Assembly: GCA_012295275.1 (NCBI GenBank)
Contig: CM022679.1
Coordinates: 2,728,001 to 2,792,000 of the forward strand
DNA length: 64,000 bases
Direction of reading: 5' to 3'
Source of the DNA: Chrysomallon squamiferum
Lineage: Eukaryota; Animalia; Mollusca
Shown: positions 42,401-54,148 of the stretch, one piece after another
Numbering within the stretch: position 1 is the stretch's first letter
Layout of the letters: each line of letters starts with the position of its first letter
Translations under genes and position numbers: made by a program
The notes under the pieces: generated by a model
What the model was told of the DNA's origin: nothing
The model's input: the letters and a program-made list of their open reading frames with translations, nothing else
The model's database searches: none

Positions 42401-43920
42401 ATTAACAAACCAACAATTGGTAAAACTTTGTGAAATAAAAACTATTACAGCTAATTACTCGGACACACTTGTCACAGTAAAAACCTGTGATGAAATTTTA
42501 TTGTTAATACTGGTAAAAAAAAAAAAAAAAAAAAAATTTATAAAACAATTTGAGGTCAATTTATCTGTCATTATGAGATCAATTTATCTGACAATTTGAG
42601 TGAATGATTTTTAAAGTGTTCTTTCTTACTATCAAATGTGAAAATAAATAAAGTTAATGTACATCTGTTGTTGACCAAGAGTTAAAGAAAATGAAACCAT
42701 GTAACCTACACATATCTTAAAACTAAAAAGAATTAACTAAAATATATGAAGTAAAACAGAAAAACAAAATAACATGACCAATAACTAATAAAAAGAATTT
42801 ACAAAATATGTAAAATCAAATAACAGTATCAAAATAACATGACTTAAATTTAATAAAACTCAAATTAATTTCCTAAATATGTAAAATCAAATACAGTAAC
42901 ATGTGAGATTCTCTGAATGTGAGATTTTAAATAAAGGGATGCAGATCATGGATAAATAATACACTTTTTTTTTTTTTTTTTAATCAACAATACTTTTTAA
43001 CAAACTGAAAAATTTATCCAACAATAAATGGATACAAAAATACATCACCTAAGAATCAGTAAGAAATCTTTCTCTTTTATGTGAAACATGGCACCGAAAT
43101 ACAAACAAGAGATTACAGTAAAACACCAACACATGGAGGACAACTAAAAAAATTCTGAATAAACGATGAAACAATTTTGATTTGGCACACAACTGTAAAC
43201 TATTAGGGGTTTAAGTGCACCAGCATAGGCAGTTATTTCCTAACATATTTCTGTATTGTAGTTGCTTCTTAATATATTGTATTCTGTTGTCGAGTGGGTT
43301 TTTTTCAGAACAGTTAATCTACCATAAAAAGAAGTACAGACTGCAAGTTCTAACTTAAGCAATATTTAAAACATGATTGTACATTTTCACTAAACAAACA
43401 AACAAACAAAACTGAAATGGCAAATCATAAATTACTAGATGTTTTAGTAATTGTATAAGGCATCATAACATACTTTAGTTTTGATTACTAAATTGTTAAA
43501 CATTATCATTGCAGACTTTTCTTTCAACAAAAAAATTTAAACATTCTTGTTTTGAATGTACAAGTCTCAATCACTAATCCAGGATTACTGCAAGATAAAC
43601 CAAAATTTTGAAAAAAGTAAATTGAGGTGGCTTAGCAACAAACAGTTTAGTGTCAACTACAACACATTATGCACCAAGCTGATTTAAATAAAGAAAATTA
43701 CAACAGCAGCGTTAATTAAAAATAACTTACAAAACAAGTCATAAAATGCAATTATTCTGAATATAAATAAATACTACAGAGATCTGACAACATATTAAAA
43801 AAATAAACATTTGTTATTTCAGCCAGAGTGAAAAAACCCAATAGAACATGTATTACAAATAAGAGAAATAACAATAACGACAAAAGAATGTAATAATGTC
43901 AAAATTAAATAACATATTGA

Positions 43921-46900
43921 TCACAGAATTAGTTTCTTGGGTATCTCCCATGGAAACTCTGACCGCCCAAAATGACCGTAACATGCTGTCTTCTGGTAGA
44001 TTGGACGTCGCAGATTTAGCTGCCTAAAAAATAAAAAACCAATAAAATCATTAAGTATAATTCATTTAAAAAAAACATAACACATTTATGCATTAATCAT
44101 TATTATTACAAAATTTTTACATATCTATAGGTGAATAATAATTTTAAAATATCAAAATTATATATATATTATTGTTATTATTATTTAAAGTCTTAAAAGA
44201 GAAAACCTACTGAAAGTTTCTCTTGTTAAAAGAAAGTAATGTTATGTGACTGACAGAATCACATTAATGCATTAAAACAATTGTTTTAACTGATAATCAT
44301 GTTCTGGAAATCCCAAGATAAAAAATTATGAGCAAATGTTTTATGACTAACCTATATGCCATCTAATTTATCATTTTCTCAAAATTCATAATAGTTTTAA
44401 CCATACATACACTCATCATTATTATGTTAATGTGATGCAGAAAGAATGTATGATTATGTATTATCCTACACAAAAACAAACGTATAAATTAATATAAACT
44501 GTACTCTTTATTTGAATGTTATGACTACAAAGATGGCAATTGTATGCACCATTATCGAAAACCATTCTCACACAAGCACTGTGAATGCAGCATTCACTTT
44601 CTGTGCTCAGTCAGTAAATTGCACTGTGATCTTACTTGATAATTATGTTTGGTCTGAAGTCAAAATTCTTTCTCACAATGTCGAGGAGAACTTCACGTCT
44701 TTTCCGACTTGTTCCGTAGTTAAACAAAGTGACAGACACAGGCTCAGAGACTCCATGACAGTATGCAATCTGAAACACATTTTACTGTACTACTTACCAG
44801 AAGATACTAACAGTTTGAAAACTTTCTCACAAACATCTGACAATCTTCATTTTTATCAGAAGAAATTTATCAGGTTTGAAAATCAAACTAACATGTAACT
44901 ATTATTTTAAAAAAAAAAAATAAATAAAACCAGATCAGATATAAAATGATTCAGTCAACTTCAAGCTACAGATAGTTAAGTCTAACAATAACTGAAACAA
45001 TTAACTCAAAACAAATTTAAAAGTTTTAATTTAACAACTTAATGTCAGAAAGGTTTCAAATTTTTAAATTTAAAAAAATGTTAGTGATCTAAATTTCATT
45101 TCCATTATTATTTTTTTAATAATAATCATGTAACTTTTTTTAATTAAAAGTTCATATTAAGAAACATTTTTACAAGAGAACAGTTATTTTGCAGATGTTT
45201 ATATCAAGTTGTGAATGACTGAAAACAAATATTCTGTAATTCTAAAATATGTTTATGGACTACTATTACCTGAACTAGAACTCTCCGACAGATTCCAGCT
45301 TTGACCAGTGACAAGGCAACCCAGCGAGCTGCATAAGATCCACACCTGTCAATCTTGGTTGGGTCTTTACCTGACAGAGCACCCCCTCCATGAGCACCCC
45401 ACCCACCATAAGTATCAACAATAATCTTACGACCAGTCAAACCTGCATCACCCTTTAAATGAAACAAAAATAAAGATTTTTCACATATATACATATATAT
45501 AGATATACATACATATACATATACACACATAAACACATATACATATACATATACAGAAAAAAAAATTCCATAAAGGAAAGCCCATATATCAGCTTTTGAT
45601 AAATGAATAGTAAATGATTCTACCACTAGACATTTCAACAAGGCATCAATTTTCTAGATGTTTTATAAAATTCCAGCTATTCAAGAGGTTTTCATCTTTA
45701 TTTTATTACACAAATAGCTGAAACAAGCAGTGTTAAAATAGTTAAATAAATCCTCTCAAATAAATAAATAAATAAACTTTCAAGATAAGACATTTAGAAA
45801 TAGAAATCCCATAAAATATTAAAGGTTTTAAATGAAGGAAAGAACCTGAAAATACAAATATATAATTACCTGTGGGCCTCCAATGATAAATCGACCAGAT
45901 GGTTGTAAATGATAAATAGTATTCTTGTCCCGGTATTGCTCAGGAATCACAGAATAAATCACTTTTTTCATGAGGTCGTCTCGCAGTTGTTCCAGGGTTA
46001 CAGTTTCATCATGTTGAATGGATATGACCACTGTGTGTATTCTGATTGGAACCATAGCACCTCTGTCTGATCTGTACTCTACGGTCACCTTAAAGTAATC
46101 ACTATTTGTTTTTAACTACATCTGAAAACATGCTTACAATAACACAATCAGCTGACAAGCAAGTTTATATTAAATAAACAGTAATATATTATGTGGAATT
46201 AGAATAATTAATATTACTGAAAACAGACAGAATGTTATTTATCCAAATTTCATACTGACATCTCTTTTGCATTCAGAATATTCCATAAAATGTAAGAATG
46301 GTTGTTTTTAATAGTCTTTTAGGTCTGAAGATAACATAATGGAATGTTAACCTCGGAATATTAACTGTTTTAATTTACTTGTGTCTTTGAATCTGGTCTG
46401 GCCCATGGAAGTTCTTTCTTTCTTCGTAATTCTGCTATCTTTGCATTCAACTGATGAGAAAGTAAAACTGTCAGTGGTATACACTCCTCTGTCTCATCAG
46501 TGGCATATCCAAATACAAGAGCCTGAAAACAAACAATTCATCACTGCATACTCAAATACAGCAGTTTGAAAACAAACAATTCATCGGTGGCGTAACCAAA
46601 TACAACAGCCAGAAAATTGTCTCTGAATACAGAACACACTGATGTAACAAACATTTATAAAGCAAAAACTCTAACAACAATTTTTGCACAAATGAATGAA
46701 TTTCCTAACTCTAATTCCAAATTTTTAATTTATTAAAAAAAAAGCTGTTTTAAATGTATGTATATAATCCTGCAAATAAGTGTCTGGTTACGGATACTGT
46801 GACAAAACAAATCTGCCTGATCATAACAAATTTAATATTAGCTGTCATTCAAAATGAAGTATTTGAAGGTTCAAAGGTGAACAAATAAAAATGCATATTT

Positions 46901-49002
46901 CTAATGGTCTTCAGATTGTATTTTATTTTGATTAGTACTTACAGAATCATTGGCAGGCATGTTGTCAGTCTCATCTGAATGGACAGACTCAACAAGTTTA
47001 TGATGCTCCAGGGAAAGAAGAACATTACAAGTATTGTAACAAAAACCTGCAATTTGCAATCAGTGTGTTTATTATAATCAGGTTTTATTATCTATTAAAC
47101 ATGGTTTTATTTAAATAAATGAATATCAGTTAATACTAAGCCATGTAATGAGCAGTGGTTGGAATGGAAAAGAATGAAATGGGTACACTGAGAAGAACTG
47201 ATTCTGTGACAGAATTCAAGTAAACTGTTTAAAACATTACAAATTAAATATACAACTGAACAAAAATCACTAAATACAGTATCTTCAAAATTAAATTAAA
47301 AATGTTTAGAAAAATAATAATAAATAGAATTACTATTTTAATTAATTAACGGTATCATTCATCCAATTCTGATGATATACATTGTAACATTAAACAATTT
47401 TTCATAATTTTTATTATCATAACGTTGTTAAATATATTAAAACGTTTTGAAGCGCAACTTATAAATGTATAACAATGATGCTGCAAACCTTTTTCAGAAC
47501 AGTCATATCCAATATGTTGAATTGTGTTGCGGATAACATCTTGGTAGTTCACCTCTGCTTTGGAAACGATGTCTCCACAGACAAACACCATGCCTGTTTT
47601 AGCTACTGCCTGACACGATGCTTTGACAAACTTGTCTTGGGCCAAGTGAGCATCTAAGATAGCATCACTCACCTGGTCACACATTTTATCTGTCAAGCAA
47701 AAATAAAACTTACCAGAAATGTTACATGTCTGTTGTTTTAGTTATTTTGACACATGTATCTGACCATGTAATTTTATTTGTGATGCATATGATATAAATA
47801 ACCAATAATCAATTTTTTTTACAGTTCAGTGTTGTTTTATTTCACCTAACAAACAATTATTGTTTTTACAAATAAAACAAAGATAGCAATACTTGTCTGA
47901 TTATATATTTTATCTGATAAAAAAATTCTATAAAGAAAGAAGTTAAGAATGCTTAAATGACTGACTAAACCAAGCATTTAAAATCTTTGGTTATACTAGC
48001 ATCAAACATTTTAATGACCACACCATTAATCAGAGGATATCTATTACCATCACAGAATGGACAACTTCAACTAGCAGCAAAGGATCATATATATGAACCG
48101 TATCTGGAAAATACACACTGTAGTCTTTGATACATATTTCATGTTCACTGCTGATTCAGTGCTGAATGTTCAGCAGGGGAACTACCCATTTTTCAACAAA
48201 AAGTAAAATATCTGGTACCAGTTCAATTATTTGCTGTAAACACTTGATATAAAGATGAATATTATTAATTTTAAATCAGATAACCCTAATATTTGTATTC
48301 TTGTTTATTCTGAAATGTCTGAAATATATTTTTATGTTTAAATTCTAATCCATGCCATCATAAATACAAAAGAAAAGGAGAAAGGGAAAATTTCAAAGTA
48401 AATTTAGAGGTCTCCTTTGTTGTTTGTGACAAAATAATTTAAATTATGAGATAAACTGGCACTTCAGATTTATATATTGCCGAATATTTTGCTACGATTT
48501 CTGCTGGTGCAAGTATAAAAAGGACTACTTGTGGTACTTCCAAAAAATCACCACTTAGCACAAAATAACATTAACACTGCAACTTGCATGTGCAACACTA
48601 ACACTAACAGCAACACTAACAATAAGAGGCATGTTAAAAAGTTTGTGAGAAGCGTATGTGCGTGTGTTCGCAACTAAGACGAATAAGATATAGGAAAAAA
48701 TAAGAAATCATAAAAGGCAGAAGCAGTTCTGACTGTAAATTTAATAAAAGAAGAGATTACATCATTATATAACTATTATAACTCTAACATCTGTAAGTCA
48801 CTTCTTGAACTTCAAGTTGACGTTCTTCGGTTTATGACGCACACATTCATAAATATATTATTAAAATATGAAAAATACCTGGATGTCCTTCACCAACAGA
48901 TTCTGATGTAAATAAAAATGTTCCAGAAATATCTTCAGACAAATTCGTTGAAGATATCTTTTTTATGTCAGGTAAACTGATCGCTTCCAAAATGTTAGAC
49001 AT
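43921..49002 (-). CDS. MAT: S-adenosylmethionine synthetase (methionine adenosyltransferase)-like protein, 403 aa, divergent methionine pocket
   Basis: Exons 48879-49002, 47489-47689, 46943-47046, 46379-46522, 45870-46088, 45270-45452, 44636-44769, 43921-44023 total 1212 nt with an intact frame. Motifs: [86 protein letters not shown]. Confidence 0.95.
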
Positions 49003-49833
49003 TTTTCCTTTTCCTTTGTAAATTCCTTCTTTATTTCTTTTATTTTTTTATATCGATTTAATACAAGATTCGTTTTATTTCTTCTTATCTTTTTCTCCAC
49101 CTTTTATTTTATGAACGTACATGCTTTATAATTTTAACATACAATAAACGTAACATAAATTGTTAATTATAATTATACAATAACAATTCAGTAAAACGAT
49201 TTCAAATTTTCCAGCTTTTAATGATCGTCCACGTTTTGCTTCCTAAAATGTCTTAAATGGGATGGTATGGAAATAATCGTAGAAAAAATGGGATTTTATT
49301 CATTTTGTAAAATAAAAAATAAAATACAAACTATTCAATGAATTATTTATTAAATATATAAAATTTAAATAAAACTAATACTAATATTGTTTAATACTTC
49401 TGAACGTAATTTTCCATAATACCTAAAAAGATCCGAATATATCGACCGAGAGTGTCCGAGAATTCACGAAAAAAGCGATGGAAACGTCACCAACGAATCG
49501 AACCTGATGTTCAAGTTAACAGATAAAGAGATATTATTATTCTGTAATTAAGAATTCAAAGATATCGTGTTTCTGATACACTACGCCCTTACTATTTTGT
49601 AACAAAAATAAACCACAAAGATGAAAACAATGTACTAAAAATTATATCAGATAGATCGTTTATTGTTATTATCAATGTGGAAATAATTTTCGATACGTTA
49701 AATTTATAGAATTACAGACTATACATCAGCATTACTAATGTATTGAAGTGATAATTTGAAGCTAGAAGTTGCTTGCAACTTGTTATAATGGGCATTTCGA
49801 GTAAAATATTTATAACAAATTTTAAATTAATTT

Positions 49834-50194
49834 AATTTTAGTCAAAAGAAACACAAATTCATGTCATTTTGACGGACTGACGGCTCACGTCTCTCGCGTT
49901 CTCCGTTACGTCCGCTATACAGCGTTTATAAACAACGTTGTCAGTGGTAACCAATTGTGACTTTCAGAAACCACTTCTAACATCCAAGAGGTTCTAGATC
50001 GGAATTTAAGTTTTGAACTTGGCATTCAAGATGTTTTCATCAAATTCGGTATGGTTTCTGAACAGTGAGATTCCGATTTTCATTATTTTGGCGAACCGTC
50101 TAAATCTGCGTCTAATATTTTTTAGTTATCTATTTATTTAATTATTATTATTTTTTTTTAAATTCATTTTATCATTTCGGCCGACGCTTCTAAA
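49834..50194 (-). repeat. CpG-rich dispersed element, copy B (upstream of the MAT-like gene)
   Basis: Inverted homolog of 27643-27978; contains the X-box-like GTTACCACTGACAAC (49951-49937). Confidence 0.9.
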
Positions 50195-50274
50195 AAAAAA
50201 AAAAAAAAAAATTATTTTCTTTCTTTTTTTTTCTTTTTAATTTTAATTTTAATTTTTATTATTATTTTTTTTTT

Positions 50275-50799
50275 CTTCTGCATACAACATGAATACGCCC
50301 TAAATGGAAGAAAAAAGACCAAGAAGAAGAAAGAAAGTCAAGAGATGGAAGATCCCACTGCCATTTTCCTGCATACAAATATCTTCTTCACACATCTTTT
50401 TCTGTCGTTTTTTTAAAAATTATATATATAATTTTAAATTATTATTATTTTTACTATTATTTTAATTTTACTATTAATATTTTATTTTGATTTATTTATT
50501 TATTTATTTATACTTACTTTATTTTGTAAATTTATTTTTTTCTAATTTACTTTTTATTATTTTTATTATTATTATCATCATTTTTTTTTTTTTTTCTTCT
50601 TCTTCCACATACAAGAATACACTCTTCACAGAAGACCAAGAAGAAAGAAGTCAAGATATGGAAATCCCACTGCGACTGCATACATACATACATCATCTTC
50701 AAACGTCTTTTTCTGTCGTCTTTTATTATATATATAATTTTAAATTATTATTATTTTTAATATTATTTGAATTTTATTATTATTATTATTTTGATTTTC

Positions 50800-50834
<35 letters not shown>

Positions 50835-51330
50835 TACTTTGTTTTCTAAATTTTTTTTTTTTCTAATTTACTTTTTATTATTTTTATTATCATCATTTTT
50901 TTTTTTTTTTTTTTTTTTTTTTTCTTCTTCTTCATCCACATACAAGAATATGCCCTACATGGAAGAAAGACCAAGAAGGAAGAATCAAGAGATGCCATTT
51001 TCCTGCATACAAACATCTTCTTCACACATCTTTTACTGTCCTTTTTTTTATTATATATATAATTTTAAATTATTATCATTTTTAGTATCGTTTTAATTTT
51101 ATTATTATTTTGATTTTCTTTTTATTTATTTATTTATTTATTTATACTTACTTTGTTTTCTCAATTTATTTTTCTAATTTACTTTTTATTATTTTTATCT
51201 TTATTTTTTTCTTCTTCTTCTTCCACACAACACAAATACGCCCTACAGACCAAGAAAGTCGAGATGGAAGATCCCACTGCCATTTTCCTGCATACAAACA
51301 TCTTCACACCTTTTGCTATCATTTTCATTA
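50275..51330. repeat. ~320-bp-period degenerate tandem repeat, 4 units
   Basis: Core (a)gaccaagaag(a)aag..tcaagagatggaagatcccactgccattttcctgcatacaaa(c/t)atcttc recurs at ~50317, 50634, 50969 and 51248, separated by T/AT-rich tracts. Confidence 0.85.
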
Positions 51331-51611
51331 TTTTTTCTATTGCTTTTTATTTTAATTTTAAATTGTATTATTATTATTTTATTTTTTTTATAATTCCTCA
51401 CCATTTTCTTCTTTTAAAAAAAAAATAATCTGTACCTTAAATGCAGCAACAGTGAGTCACCTGGTGAGTGATGATACCCCCACCTCAGAGTGGCTAATAC
51501 AGGAACTCATACTTGAAAATGTGTTTCTGGGGGACTGTTCACCTAAGGTACAGAACATAAAACAAAACAAAAGAAACAAAACAACAGTAAATAAAGAAAT
51601 AACAACCACAA

Positions 51612-51646
<35 letters not shown>

Positions 51647-53235
51647 AGTGAAAAAAAACAGGTCAAGTGACTTAGAAAAGTATTTTATCTTGCTGCAAGA
51701 CTGGAAAGATTGCTGAGTAACTGACATCATGTTAAATGATGTATACATAATTTAAACTTGAAGTCAATTTCAGTACAGTGAATTATTTTATGTTCTTTTT
51801 TCAAAAGAAAATTCCTAGATACTATTAAAAGATCTATCTAAAACATACTTAAGTGTGTCTTTAAAAATTATCTTCATTTTGCATACTTCTATACATAAAA
51901 ACTTGCAATTGAAACAGTTTTAAATACAACTTAAGTCTTAGGTTAAGACAAAGATGATTACACATGGATTAATACATGAATTCTGTAAGTCATGGAAGAC
52001 AAAAATATTTTTGCAGTAAAAACAAATTGCTACAAAACATCAATTATTAGTTCTGCCAGGAATAAAATGCATGCAAGTGTTTTCATATTTTGTCATGTAA
52101 CTTTAAGAAGAATATTTAGAGGAAGATAAATAACAATAAAGCCAATACAGAGCAAAATATTTATAAAATAAAGAAAATATGTATATATATATATATATAT
52201 TAAGAATTAACCAAGACAGTCTGAAACATATTATTTTATTAATGCTGTTGGCACACATTTCATAATTACACTTTATGAATAGGAATTAAGTGGCTTTGTA
52301 TTTAATTGCAAAACTAGATGTACATCTTATATTTAATGTACAAAATACATTAGCATAATTGTATCCTTCCTGATATTGATTTAAAATAAATATTTACCAG
52401 TAACACAAAATTCATTTCTTATACATAGTTCATAATTATATTTACATCAGTATTACAGTACCTGAGTATTTTTACATCTATATTTTGTCGAACATTCAAT
52501 TATTTGTAATTTAACACATCAGGCTATCTTAAACATGTCAAAACAAATAAAATTCTAATGTTAACAATATACAATTTCTTAACAGTAAGATCATCAGTAT
52601 TATTAAAAATAAGTATTTAAACTTAAAATGCATTTCACAACAAAATCATAGTCAAAAAGTAACTGAAAATAAGTTTTCAATAACACAAGTAAAATGTATT
52701 AAATTTACCTGTTTAAGTAAAATAATAATTTAAAAAAATGAGTAATAGCACAAAGTATGTGATTAACATACTGGCTCTCTTAACAGTAAAATCACCATCA
52801 CCTTATTAACAGTTGGTTCAGAGAAATAATGTACATCCATCCACAAGTGGAATGTTAATTAGTTCTTTCATAGCAGAATCATTCAATATGGCTGAAATTT
52901 TTGTGTGTCACATTTTGATTCACAACTTTACAAATATCTGTTCATACACATCAAACTTCCTAAATACATATTTTTAAAACCGTTTACGACATGAGATCAT
53001 AAAAATGAAAATGACATCTTAAGAATTTCTCTAAATTTTAATGAATACTCAATTTCTGAATGAACCAGACAATGAAATGAAAAACAGACATTAAAAGATT
53101 TTTTTAACTAATGAAAGTTTGTGGGTTTTTTTAGATTTATTTTTTCGGCTGTTGTTGTTGTTAAAAATAGGACTCAAATATTCAGATGAACCAACTCTAA
53201 AATCAGTGCATGATTTCTGGTGACATGGACAGTTT

Positions 53236-54101
53236 TCAATTGGCAGTGCTTTTTTCAGAGAGTGTCTGAGTGTTGAGGCACTTCAGTGGTGATCGTTTCC
53301 GTGGTGACCGTTTCACAGGACTCTGAAAGCAAGTTCGACACACTGCTAAATATTTTTCTGCACCTCCAATTACTTCAACCTGCAAAGAAGACATTAGTCT
53401 AAGCTTAAACATCTTTTATCTTTTCCTTTTCTTTTTGTTTTGGTTTAATAAATATTAAGTCATTATAGGCTGAGAAATGTAAAAAAATGTGTTCTTCTTC
53501 ATAACAGCAAAGGTAGAAAGACACAACATTAATTGCTTGAAATTTTTGGTGTGAAACAGTGCACCATAACTGAGTTGAATAATATATCGGTTCCCATATA
53601 ACAGTGTAAATTAATTTGTTCATTACATCAAAAGAAAAATGGCTGACCTTTCTTATATGAAATTTTACATCTGAGAGTGAAAGGAAAGATCAAGAAATTC
53701 TTCCATTAAATAGCAGCATTATTTATTATTTTTGTTTTTTCCTTAACTTTTTTCTTGGTAGGAACAAGGTTTTAAAATCAACACAAAAATACCTTTGTTT
53801 CATTTCCTTTTCTTTTTGTGAATGAAGCCTCATCAAAACAGTTCATACACACAGCTGTTAACTTTGTTACATGTTCTGCAAGTGGAACCAAGTTCAGTAT
53901 ATCTCCAAATCCCTAAACAAATTTTTAAAAAACACAAAAACATAATAAAATATTAAAAATAATTTAAAAACAGATAAAAGAAGAATAAACATCTGTGTCT
54001 AACATGATTAAAAACAAAAATATCAAAATCTACCCATTCTCAATAATTGATTTACAAATGGGCACAAGATGCAGAAAAAGCAGTAAACAACAGTTTGTGA
54101 A

Positions 54102-54148
<47 letters not shown>

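Noticed and set aside
43247-43255. UACAGAAAU in the presumed MAT 3'UTR, resembling the METTL16 nonamer (UACAGAGAA/UACAGAAAC)
   Set aside because: Single imperfect match with no convincing flanking stem; expected by chance in AT-rich DNA.
51463-51543. Possible C/D snoRNA or SECIS on the + strand (GTGATGA, terminal ggtga/tcacc stem, ccccca/tggggg)
   Set aside because: The D box would be CTGT rather than CTGA, there is no + strand host gene, and the spacing does not fit a SECIS.
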